This document shows, piece by piece, positions 8,829-17,158 of a DNA stretch of 64,000 bases. A program made the translations under genes and the position numbers. The notes beneath the pieces were generated by a model that saw nothing but the letters and a program-made list of their open reading frames with translations, was not told where the DNA came from and made no database searches. This stretch comes from a virus: IMG/VR virus record IMGVR_UViG_3300031707_000006, positions 20,499-84,498 of that record; one strand, 5' to 3'. Each line of letters starts with the position of its first letter. Position 1 is the stretch's first letter.

Positions 8829-9053
8829 GTTTATCCTGGACTGTCTGTGTGAGTTTGATCAGACTCTGGTATATGACCTGACAGCAAGGCTATGCATCTT
8901 TGGATCCAAGCCAATTGGAGATCAATCCGTGCATACTTCCCTCTCACACCAGGATAAATTAGGCAGAACTCCTTAGTTGCAGTCTAAACTGCCCGATCTT
9001 CTTTTTGCATCTGGTGGGAAGGCTAGACCACAGTTTTTAGAGCAAAGATGGAC
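8829..9053 (-). ncRNA. candidate structured non-coding RNA (~225 nt)
   Basis: GC-richer region with no called ORF and nested stems TTTATCCTGG/CCAGGATAAA, TGTGAG/CTCACA, TATGCA/TGCATA, TCCAA/TTGGA, GGCAG/CTGCC; directly downstream of a consensus promoter. Confidence 0.6.
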
Positions 9054-9066
9054 TTGACTTATTTAT

Positions 9067-9094
9067 ATTATACACCAATTTTCTACTTTGTCAA
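9067..9094 (-). promoter_or_regulatory. sigma70/sigmaA-type promoter driving the ncRNA and tRNA-Arg
   Basis: TTGACA-16 nt-TATAAT on minus strand. Confidence 0.75.
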
Positions 9095-9103
9095 GTACCA
9101 ATA

Positions 9104-9179
9104 TAGCGGGAATGTGATTCGAACATCCGATCTCAAGGTTCAAAGCCTCACGTTTTTATCCAGTTAAACTATATGCCTA
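9104..9179 (-). pseudogene. degenerate tRNA-Gln(UUG)
   Basis: D arm TAGTTTAACTGGATAAAAAC, anticodon arm GAGG-CTTTGAA-CCTT and TTCGAATC loop, but T and acceptor stems poorly paired. Confidence 0.5.
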
Positions 9180-9181
9180 TT

Positions 9182-9385
9182 TTAATAAAACACAATATTA
9201 ATTACATATCCCAATTGCTGTAGTGCCTTTACAATAAAACTATTCATAATCACTGTTGAATCACCAGACTTCGTTATCCAAACGGTAACAACCCTGGCAG
9301 CAAAGTCTACAGCAGCGGAGACTCCAAAGAGAAGATTTATCTCCATAAGCAGATCGGATATTTTACTTTTATCACCAATAGCCAT
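9182..9385 (-). CDS. hypothetical protein
   Basis: 67-aa co-oriented ORF. Confidence 0.55.
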   Translation of the reverse strand: MAIGDKSKISDLLMEINLLFGVSAAVDFAARVVTVWITKSGDSTVIMNSFIVKALQQLGYVINIVFY

Positions 9386-9707
9386 TGCGTTCTGCTAACT
9401 CATCTTTATATTCTTTCATTGGTTTAACAGTCAGTTCGTATGAACCAAATGTTATTAACGATTGTAGAACGATTACCGTTGCACCAATACCCCACTGTTT
9501 CCAGTCCGTAGGGATTAAGTATCCTTCTATTTTAAGTAGGGCTAAGGGCAATGCTGTAAATATATTTAAAATTGCTACCATTAATACATAGAGTTTTGGA
9601 GAGAAATCATATTGCCCTCCTAATTTCAATCTAAGTAATGGTTTCACAACGAATTGCAGGATGAACATAGATAATGCACCTGCTGATACAATAACGATCT
9701 CATTCAT
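9372..9707 (-). CDS. three-helix membrane protein (holin-like)
   Basis: Three hydrophobic segments, charged C-terminus, AAGGAG RBS. Confidence 0.5.
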   Translation of the reverse strand: MNEIVIVSAGALSMFILQFVVKPLLRLKLGGQYDFSPKLYVLMVAILNIFTALPLALLKIEGYLIPTDWKQWGIGATVIVLQSLITFGSYELTVKPMKEYKDELAERNGYW

Positions 9708-9718
9708 AATTTTGCTCC

Positions 9719-10018
9719 TTAATCATCTGTTTTCCATTCTTCTTTTATGGAGAATAAATCTCCTTCACATCTTACTAAATAAGTTTGTACATCGGTTAGT
9801 GTCTGTAAATAAGCTGTTTCAGGTACTTCATTAATTGATTCACTGTAAACCATTTTCCTATTTGTAGATAAATCAGGCATGGTTTTTTCTTGCACAATTT
9901 GAGTCATTGCTTTCCAACCACCATCATCTAATTTAGCAAGACTGCTTATAGTTACCTGTTGAAATCTTTTTAATTCTTTAAAGTCCATTGTGAATCCTAT
10001 AGTGGATTTCTTGTCCAT
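9719..10018 (-). CDS. hypothetical protein
   Basis: 99-aa co-oriented ORF. Confidence 0.6.
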   Translation of the reverse strand: MDKKSTIGFTMDFKELKRFQQVTISSLAKLDDGGWKAMTQIVQEKTMPDLSTNRKMVYSESINEVPETAYLQTLTDVQTYLVRCEGDLFSIKEEWKTDD

Positions 10019-10761
10019 TTCGAGAAGGAATAGAGTCGTTTGTGAAGTTCCTCTAAAATTTTTACGTCAGCCCTGTTATGATCTAAAACTTCTAAAATTG
10101 ATTCTGGATCACCATATCTTGCCTTACGCCACGTTGATTTTTTCAAAGGAGTCTTTCCCTCTATTCCCAACCAATCACAAACATTTTCTAGACTTTTCCT
10201 AGATAGTGCTCCTAATTTACTTCTTACAAGATAATATAAATCGAAGTGATATAGTTCTGCATTATACTTACAAACTTCTTTTCCAGATTTAGTTACTATA
10301 ATCTCATCTACAAATCCAGGAAAGTCAAGTCCATAGTGTAAACTTTTAGCCCGTAAGAAACTGGCATCGAAGCGTGTACCAAAATAAGTAACTATAATCT
10401 TATACTTTTTAATCTCTTCAATGCAAGAACGTACTATTCTCTCATCAAATTTTAGATCAAATAGTTCTTTTTTAGTCACACAATCATAAGCGATTTCTCC
10501 GTCTTTTCGTTTAATGCTCCATGATAACATGGTGCTGAAGTCCACAGTTAACCCGTCAGTCTCAATATCTAAATAACCCACGTTCTCTTCGTCCTTTATA
10601 AACCAGGGAATATATTCTTTTTCTTCTTTTGTATCTCCTTTCCTAAAGCAATTTGGATGGTGCTGTATATCTTGTCTGTGTTTGCAACGATTTTGTATTA
10701 TGTATTTCACTTTTTCCTCTATAAATTTTGAATTTTCCTTGTATATATGTTTCTGCTGCAA
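9997..10761 (-). CDS. DEDD/RNase H-like 3'-5' exonuclease (YprB/PolB-exonuclease-like)
   Basis: YLDIETDG, YFGTRFD, HFDLY, SLENVC and HNRADV motifs; true start may be GTG at 10710. Confidence 0.85.
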   Translation of the reverse strand: MQQKHIYKENSKFIEEKVKYIIQNRCKHRQDIQHHPNCFRKGDTKEEKEYIPWFIKDEENVGYLDIETDGLTVDFSTMLSWSIKRKDGEIAYDCVTKKELFDLKFDERIVRSCIEEIKKYKIIVTYFGTRFDASFLRAKSLHYGLDFPGFVDEIIVTKSGKEVCKYNAELYHFDLYYLVRSKLGALSRKSLENVCDWLGIEGKTPLKKSTWRKARYGDPESILEVLDHNRADVKILEELHKRLYSFSKWTRNPL

Positions 10762-11152
10762 GAGTTTCTTCGTCTGTTAAATGATATTTCTCTTGTAAGT
10801 AATTTAAATATCCAGCATCTGTAAATCGATCTCCAAGTAGAAAGCCAAGCCTATCGCATAATTCTCTTACCTCTCGTGCGAGCACACTCCGATCAATACC
10901 TTCTTCTTTTCCTATTAGAGTTAAAGATTTATTATCTTGAATCCGAGATAAAATAATACGATCATAATCAGATAGTAACTTTCGTCTATTAAGTTCGGAT
11001 ATCTTGGTTTCTACTGTGAGTAGATCATCAAAACTTTCAGACTCAGGAATAATAATAATATCTCCTTCTGAATCTATTCTCCCAACTTTTTTATATAAGC
11101 CTTCGCGTATTTGCTGGCTATTTGCTAGTAATTGATAAACATACCATGACAT
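10643..11152 (-). CDS. putative HTH (sigma region-4-like) regulator
   Basis: LSDYDRIIL...KSLTLIGKEEGIDRSVLAREV resembles a sigma4-type HTH. Confidence 0.45.
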   Translation of the reverse strand: MSWYVYQLLANSQQIREGLYKKVGRIDSEGDIIIIPESESFDDLLTVETKISELNRRKLLSDYDRIILSRIQDNKSLTLIGKEEGIDRSVLAREVRELCDRLGFLLGDRFTDAGYLNYLQEKYHLTDEETLAAETYIQGKFKIYRGKSEIHNTKSLQTQTRYTAPSKLL

Positions 11153-11186
11153 ATTCTAATTATACACCTTTACTGTGATTAGTTGC

Positions 11187-11546
11187 TTACAGTACAACTG
11201 AGTTCCTTCTGTTTGCTGATTCGGTTCTGTAAAGTTCCAGCATACCATAGTATACCTTAAATTTTAATTCTTCTTCTGCTAATAAACCTTTAACATTAGC
11301 TAGACGCATTCTACTTGTTGCTAATTCACCATGAAGTCCTGGATAATGATACGTATTTTGAATAAAAGACATGGATGGGATCTTACCATCTGGAGAATAT
11401 TTCTCAGGATGTGTTACACATTCTTTAGTTATCTTAGCCTCTGCTAACTTTAACTCCGCCTCTATTATTTCTTCCTCAGTTGTTAATTTTCCAATTGCAG
11501 AAACAATTATCATAAATGTATCAAAATCGGGGGGTTGTTCGATCAT
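11187..11546 (-). CDS. hypothetical coiled-coil protein (possible recombination mediator)
   Basis: Helical 119-aa ORF with GAGGAG RBS in recombination module; function inferred only. Confidence 0.5.
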   Translation of the reverse strand: MIEQPPDFDTFMIIVSAIGKLTTEEEIIEAELKLAEAKITKECVTHPEKYSPDGKIPSMSFIQNTYHYPGLHGELATSRMRLANVKGLLAEEELKFKVYYGMLELYRTESANRRNSVVL

Positions 11547-11922
11547 AATACTCCTCTATAATTTTTGATATCTTATTAAAATTTTCACATGCTGTAAAAT
11601 ATGCTGATATTGTATTTTTATCCAAATATGAATCTTCATTTTTGCATAAAATATTAAAAGTTTGTTTCTCGCCCTTTGCTATAGTATAAATAGCTAATGG
11701 ATTAATATAAAGAGTTTCATTCCAACCATATACTTTAAGGAACTCTATAATTGTTGCTTGTATATAACCTAGAGATAAATCATTTATCTCAGAGATGTCA
11801 CGATTAGACACACCAGCAACACAACCTTCTAGAATATTAAATACTGCAATATATTCCAAAGTTTTTGGATCTATATTAATTTGATTCGCTAAAAAATCTC
11901 TAATGGTTGTCCAGTTTAGCAT
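11521..11922 (-). CDS. hypothetical protein
   Basis: 133-aa ORF with GAGGAG RBS. Confidence 0.6.
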   Translation of the reverse strand: MLNWTTIRDFLANQINIDPKTLEYIAVFNILEGCVAGVSNRDISEINDLSLGYIQATIIEFLKVYGWNETLYINPLAIYTIAKGEKQTFNILCKNEDSYLDKNTISAYFTACENFNKISKIIEEYYDRTTPRF

Positions 11923-12367
11923 ATGCTTTGTCTAACTCCTCTCTCATCTTGGTTATATGATTCGCAAGAGAAAGAAATGTATCTAAATCTAACGTTACAA
12001 ATATCTTAACTCCGTTACGAACATTATCAAACTTACCAAATAACATAGGCATTCTAAAACCATTGATTGCCTCTACTTTAATTTTATCTAACCAACTCTT
12101 TGCTAACGTTAAACTCTTAGCATCTGCACCTGTTTTATTAGAATAGCCTACTTTACACTCTGCTTTGATTGCAGTAGGGAATCCATAGATCGTACCATTA
12201 ACATCTCCAGTTAATAAAGGTTCACTCATAATAGTGCCGATTGATCCTGAACTCGGACATCTTTTAAAAGAACCATGAGTTAGATTCTCATTCAGAGTAT
12301 TTACAATATCTCGTTCAAAACTTGATCCCTTTCTTTTCTGACTAGATGGCATCACTACACTTCCCAT
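11900..12367 (-). CDS. Holliday junction resolvase (PD-(D/E)xK, Hjc-like)
   Basis: SQKRKGSSFER, SGSIG, GDV and AECKVG motifs. Confidence 0.8.
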   Translation of the reverse strand: MGSVVMPSSQKRKGSSFERDIVNTLNENLTHGSFKRCPSSGSIGTIMSEPLLTGDVNGTIYGFPTAIKAECKVGYSNKTGADAKSLTLAKSWLDKIKVEAINGFRMPMLFGKFDNVRNGVKIFVTLDLDTFLSLANHITKMREELDKAYAKLDNH

Positions 12368-12623
12368 ACATTACTTCTATTTCAAATTTACAAGCGCCTT
12401 TAGAAATTGATTCAATAATCTCTTGATGTGTAACCATAGAACCATCTCTAAGTTTATAGACATTATTTATACCCAAGTCGAGAACTGCTATTGTTCCTTC
12501 AATTGTATCCGATTTAGGAATAGAATATTTATTTCTAAATTCAGATTTAATCTTTGGTACGAATTTCACAAATGGTGTGATAATTATCATACCCAAAAAT
12601 TTAAGAAAATTTCTACGATTCAT
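12342..12623 (-). CDS. small protein with twin-arginine-like N-terminus
   Basis: MNRRNFLKFLGMIIITPFV. Confidence 0.55.
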   Translation of the reverse strand: MNRRNFLKFLGMIIITPFVKFVPKIKSEFRNKYSIPKSDTIEGTIAVLDLGINNVYKLRDGSMVTHQEIIESISKGACKFEIEVMYGKCSDAI

Positions 12624-12805
12624 TTAAATACTCTTTTTAACCAATTATAAAATCTATTATGGAAGAGAATAAATTGTATAAAATTAACTCTTTTAAGCCC
12701 CAGATATAAGGCCAATAACCAATAAGGATCTACAGTATTAGAAACACTAATAGATATTCTGGTTCCGTTTTTATCAATCATAGTATAATATTTCATATTA
12801 ATTCC

Positions 12806-14122
12806 CTATCCATGTTTAGTAATCCTTCCAGTCTTATCATCAAAGTCTGAAAAAATAGAACCTAAAATTCCTGTTTGTCTATTTTTTACTATCATGTGTT
12901 CTAATACTCCAGGCATAGTAGTGTCCTTTGGTTTATAAAGTTCATCTCGATAATACATGATTATTACATCTGCATCTTCCTCTAAGTTTCCCGATTGTCT
13001 TAAATCGGCCTGCATTGGATGTTTATCCTCGCCTCTTAACTCAACACCACGATTTAATTGGGATGCAAGTGTAATTGAAATATTAAGTTCGATTGCTAAT
13101 AATTTCATTGCCCTAGAAATCTGGCCTAATGCGTTCGTAGCATTTTGGTCTCTTGCTGCCATGAGTTGAATATAATCTATAAATACTTGATCTAGATGTT
13201 TCAATTGACAGAATTTTCTTATCGTACCTGTAACATAGGGGATACTCGCTGAGAAATTATTATCCACATAAATTGGTAAAGATTTAATTCTAGGAATTGC
13301 ATCATCAATTAGTTGTAATTTTTCTTTATTCAGATAGCCAAGATGAATATCAGAAATGGGAATTCCTGTTTCAATTCCTAACCATCTCTCTGCTAACATA
13401 TATTTGGGCATTTCATAAGAAAACAGTAAAGAACTATACCCTTTTTTAGCAGACTCCAACATAGATAAACAAATGCTGGATGATTTTCCCATACCTGGCC
13501 TGCCCGCCTCAATCCATAAATTTCCTCTGCCTCTGCCCCCTGTAGCAAAATCTATATCTGGAAAACAAGTAAAAATACCAGAAGTACCTGGATTATTAAT
13601 TCTCTCTTTAATTTCATTCCAACCTGCTCTTAATACGTCTTCAAAAGTAGAGGTAGTTTCCCCGCCGGAAGATAAAGAAAGATTATCTATTCTTACCCTT
13701 GCTTCAGCAATAACTGTATCAATATTTTCCAGATTGGATGCTGGAAGTGAAACAAGCGTACTACCTAATTCAACTAACTGTTTGGCTTTAAAACTCCCAA
13801 CCAATAACCTTTCAAATTCCAAAAGGTTATCAACAGAGTAAGCCTGATTTTTTAAGTATTCTAAGTACGTTGTACCTCCAGCATCCAGCAATCTGGCATT
13901 CGTTTGTAAATAATTTGTTATTAATGATATATCAGGTATAGAACCTTTTGCCGCTAATTCTTGAATTGTAGTAAATAATAACTCATTTGCAATAGAACTC
14001 ATCATAAAAGATTTTAGATAAGTTAATTCAAATACCTTTAATGGATTATTAAGTAAGATACATAAAATTGCTGTCTCGTTTTCAGTGTTAAATATCTTCG
14101 TTGGCATGGCTATCCTCGTCAC
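12806..14122 (-). CDS. dnaB: replicative DnaB-type helicase
   Basis: Walker A GRPGMGKS, FSYEM, IDYIQLM, SQLNRGVE, DLRQSGNLEEDAD, KNRQ. Confidence 0.95.
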   Translation of the reverse strand: MTRIAMPTKIFNTENETAILCILLNNPLKVFELTYLKSFMMSSIANELLFTTIQELAAKGSIPDISLITNYLQTNARLLDAGGTTYLEYLKNQAYSVDNLLEFERLLVGSFKAKQLVELGSTLVSLPASNLENIDTVIAEARVRIDNLSLSSGGETTSTFEDVLRAGWNEIKERINNPGTSGIFTCFPDIDFATGGRGRGNLWIEAGRPGMGKSSSICLSMLESAKKGYSSLLFSYEMPKYMLAERWLGIETGIPISDIHLGYLNKEKLQLIDDAIPRIKSLPIYVDNNFSASIPYVTGTIRKFCQLKHLDQVFIDYIQLMAARDQNATNALGQISRAMKLLAIELNISITLASQLNRGVELRGEDKHPMQADLRQSGNLEEDADVIIMYYRDELYKPKDTTMPGVLEHMIVKNRQTGILGSIFSDFDDKTGRITKHG

Positions 14123-14483
14123 AAAATGGATCTTGCATAACTATATCTTTTAAATCATCTCTAGCACTATTGTATTGAAACTCTAATTGTTTTATATCAA
14201 TTCGATTAATGGGATTCACCTTATCTTCTAATCTTTTCTTTAGGAAATATGTAAGTAACGCATATGGATTCTCTGGTCTAAAATTATCCACATCATACGT
14301 ATCTAATATTGCAAAGAATATATTTTTCCTACTATATACTTTAACAAGTTTGCCAAATATTTTTATATAGGTTGCAAAATTTGTTAAATCATATAACTTA
14401 CAATACAATGAGGTTAATACCACCGCCGGATTGGAAGTGGTATTAATCTCATTTAGAAACTGGTCACTAATATTCTCATCCAT
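14088..14483 (-). CDS. hypothetical protein (possible helicase loader/initiator)
   Basis: Located between SSB and helicase; function inferred from position. Confidence 0.5.
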   Translation of the reverse strand: MDENISDQFLNEINTTSNPAVVLTSLYCKLYDLTNFATYIKIFGKLVKVYSRKNIFFAILDTYDVDNFRPENPYALLTYFLKKRLEDKVNPINRIDIKQLEFQYNSARDDLKDIVMQDPFCDEDSHANEDI

Positions 14484-14487
14484 AAAA

Positions 14488-15303
14488 TTAATCTGCTAGA
14501 ATACTATTAACTCTGTCAACAATATCTGCTGGGACTGCTGCATCACTTTCAGCGACTTCCATCGTTTTCTCCGCACTTTTCTTAGCAAAGATATCCTTTA
14601 AAGAAGCGCCCCTTAGAAAATCTTCCATCTCAGCCAATTCAAGACGGATAACTGCCCTTGATGTATCAAAGTATGCCTCTTCAGGCACAATAATCACATC
14701 ACATCTTTCTCTTGCCACTTGTGGGGTCATCTCCTTTTTCTTTCCCTTTTGCATGACAAGAAGTTCAAAATCATACCTGGTTACGGGTACAGGATTACCA
14801 GCCTCATCTAATTGTGCGGCTTCTAATTGACTAATTAAATCCGCAATAGTAGGAGGAATGGATAATACTTTAACTTTCCCGGATTCCTTTATAGCCGCTT
14901 GATTCAAAATAGAGTTACAGTACGGACAGGTATCTGGAAATCTGCCCGTAAATCCTGCTTTGACTTCTGCCTGACATTCCGTTTTTGGACAAACTTTTAC
15001 CATAGTCCGATCTAGAATATTAATTGCTATTCGATCACTTAAAGAAATTAAACCTTCAATATCTTTCCACTTCTTCCCAGGATTCTCTAACCACAATCTA
15101 CGATTGTTTTTACATGCTGGGCAATCTTCACCTAAACATTGTAAAGAAATTCCAGTTTGTCCTCTAGGGAAATAATGAGAGGGGAGTATTGAAGCTTTCT
15201 CAGTTGGCTCTATAAAACGAATGTAATGTTTTCCTGGTTCTTGAAAAAAATAGTCTAATTTTTTAAATGTACTTGTTGCTCTTGGTGTAAGTTGAAATGG
15301 CAT
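14488..15303 (-). CDS. single-stranded DNA-binding protein (gp32-like, Zn-binding)
   Basis: HYIRF, CLGEDCPAC, INILDR, GKVKVL, YDFEL and acidic C-terminus. Confidence 0.7.
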   Translation of the reverse strand: MPFQLTPRATSTFKKLDYFFQEPGKHYIRFIEPTEKASILPSHYFPRGQTGISLQCLGEDCPACKNNRRLWLENPGKKWKDIEGLISLSDRIAINILDRTMVKVCPKTECQAEVKAGFTGRFPDTCPYCNSILNQAAIKESGKVKVLSIPPTIADLISQLEAAQLDEAGNPVPVTRYDFELLVMQKGKKKEMTPQVARERCDVIIVPEEAYFDTSRAVIRLELAEMEDFLRGASLKDIFAKKSAEKTMEVAESDAAVPADIVDRVNSILAD

Positions 15304-15318
15304 TTTATTTTTCCTTTT

Positions 15319-15615
15319 TTATATTTTTGATTGTGTTGGATTTAAATATTCTTTTATTTTATTTGTTGTAAATTCTTTGAAAGTTTCTAGATATACATCT
15401 TGATCTGCCTCATTTGACAATTCACGTAACAATTTTAGATATCTTTTATATTGACTCTCCACTTCTGCTAACTGTTGAGCATGAATAATATTTGAGAACT
15501 TATGGTCATTCACCAGATGTTCTGGGATCTCTGCCATCGTTTCCACAACTTCCAATGAATTGAAAGGTGATAACTGAAATACTCGCCTGGTTACTACTGT
15601 TTTATACATCCTCAT
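15319..15615 (-). CDS. hypothetical protein
   Basis: 98-aa ORF with AAGGAG RBS behind a promoter. Confidence 0.65.
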   Translation of the reverse strand: MRMYKTVVTRRVFQLSPFNSLEVVETMAEIPEHLVNDHKFSNIIHAQQLAEVESQYKRYLKLLRELSNEADQDVYLETFKEFTTNKIKEYLNPTQSKI

Positions 15616-15632
15616 ACTCCTTTATTATAAAT

Positions 15633-15661
15633 ATTGTACCACATATCTCTTACCTTGTCAA
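15633..15661 (-). promoter_or_regulatory. sigma70-type promoter for the SSB/helicase block
   Basis: TTGACA-17 nt-TACAAT with TG extension. Confidence 0.75.
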
Positions 15662-15924
15662 GAACTAATTGTCGTCAAAATTGCCCGGATAGCCCGGATG
15701 CCAATGATATCCCCAAAATTAATTTCATCTCTGTCATTTAGAATATCCTCAAAATAATCCATTGTTACTGCGTCTAAATCAAAATCAGGGATATTCTCGA
15801 TCATCCACTCTACATATTCGGGATCGGCATCAATGATCTGTTGTAGAGTTTCACCTTGATGTTTACCGAAGGTTAACCTATCCCTCAGATTGTATACTTT
15901 TATTTTCTTTTGTAAGAATGGCAT
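15658..15924 (-). CDS. small FGKH/YG-motif protein (exonuclease X C-terminal-like domain)
   Basis: LTFGKHQGETL...DPEYVEW. Confidence 0.65.
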   Translation of the reverse strand: MPFLQKKIKVYNLRDRLTFGKHQGETLQQIIDADPEYVEWMIENIPDFDLDAVTMDYFEDILNDRDEINFGDIIGIRAIRAILTTISS

Positions 15925-16936
15925 AGCATGTGCTCTTAATCCTTTCTAATACTTCTGGAGTTTGTTTAAGATACTCCATTGTTTTTACAAATCCTTGGCC
16001 CAATCTTTCTTCTCCAAAATAATACCACGCACCGTGTAAACTTAGTATCCCTAAATCCTCTGAGAACCGTATAAAATCCCTTAATCTATCTATGCCTTTT
16101 CCAAATAGAATTGGAATCTGATAACTTCTAAATGGAGGAGCTAATTTATTTTTCATGATAGTAAATTTACACATAATCCCAATTGCTTCTTTATCTAACA
16201 TGAGCATATTTTTTTCCCCTGTTAATGCTTTAGTTTGGATTTCAACAGAAGAAAAATGTTTTATCGCATTGCCTCCAGTAGTTGTAACCATAGGTATATA
16301 CGAACCAATTACTGCCCTTGCCTGCCCAATAAAAATCATTGCTACTTCATTTCTCAAAATAGAGAATTGATTCCTTCTAAAAAATTTGGCTAATAACCTT
16401 GATTGTTGAGTCATTGTGGATTCAATTAATTCCTTTTCCAATTCCTCATCGGGAGATCCAGCACTAACTGAATCTATTACAACTACTCCTACCTCTTTAG
16501 AACGTACAGCATCCTCACATAACGTCATACAATCCTCAAATGATTCTGGTTTTAATATCTTTAACCAATTACCTCCTATATGTAAAGTATAATATAAAAC
16601 ATTACCACTAATTAGATAATCATAACCTTTAAAATATTCATCTACTAAGCCCTGTTCAAGTCCGGCCTCTGAATCAATATAAACAGCATTCAAATGATAT
16701 GTAAGAACTGCATTCTTAACTATCTCCAAAGCCAAATGTGATTTTCCTGATCCGGCAACTCCCCAGATAAAGGTTGTTTTTCCTCTAGGAATACCCCCAA
16801 TACCCAAAGATACATCTAAAGATAAAGCACCTGTTTCTATAACTTTTAAGGTCTTTAATCTTTCTTCTTCTTCCTCAGATAAATCGTATAATTTTTTATA
16901 TTTTTCTTCTAATAGTTCTTCAAAAGTTTCTACCAT
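15878..16936 (-). CDS. recA: RecA/UvsX recombinase
   Basis: TGALSLDVSLGIGGIPRG, Walker A GVAGSGKS, VIDSV, TTTGGNAIKHFSS, KNKLAPPF. Confidence 0.95.
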   Translation of the reverse strand: MVETFEELLEEKYKKLYDLSEEEEERLKTLKVIETGALSLDVSLGIGGIPRGKTTFIWGVAGSGKSHLALEIVKNAVLTYHLNAVYIDSEAGLEQGLVDEYFKGYDYLISGNVLYYTLHIGGNWLKILKPESFEDCMTLCEDAVRSKEVGVVVIDSVSAGSPDEELEKELIESTMTQQSRLLAKFFRRNQFSILRNEVAMIFIGQARAVIGSYIPMVTTTGGNAIKHFSSVEIQTKALTGEKNMLMLDKEAIGIMCKFTIMKNKLAPPFRSYQIPILFGKGIDRLRDFIRFSEDLGILSLHGAWYYFGEERLGQGFVKTMEYLKQTPEVLERIKSTCYAILTKENKSIQSEG

Positions 16937-17158
16937 TTATTCTTCCCTTTTCTTAGAAAAATTACTTATAAATAGATCTAATCCTTTTTCTAGCGCGTCA
17001 TCTTCCAAATAAAAGATATCTGCATTCCCTAAATTAACAAGGACAAAGAGGACTTGGCCCAATCTCCAATCAGGAAAAATAGACCATATTGCCTCTAATT
17101 TAGTTATTATCCGCGTAATTCTAGTTATATCTCTCATTTTATTTGCTCCAATAATCAT
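16937..17158 (-). CDS. conserved small phage protein (MRD..RI..W..PDWRLGQ family)
   Basis: MRDITRI...WSIFPDWRLGQ...DIFYLEDD. Confidence 0.65.
   Translation of the reverse strand: MIIGANKMRDITRITRIITKLEAIWSIFPDWRLGQVLFVLVNLGNADIFYLEDDALEKGLDLFISNFSKKREE

Noticed and set aside
8829-8958. 5S rRNA or SRP RNA identity for the structured RNA (TCCTGG...CCAGGA ends; GTCAGGTC)
   Set aside because: Lacks the 5S loop C CCGAAC motif and the SRP GGAA tetraloop/AGCAG motif
13260-14292. TTATCCACA DnaA boxes at 13260 and 14284 as an origin
   Set aside because: Isolated, inside coding sequence, 1 kb apart; compatible with chance
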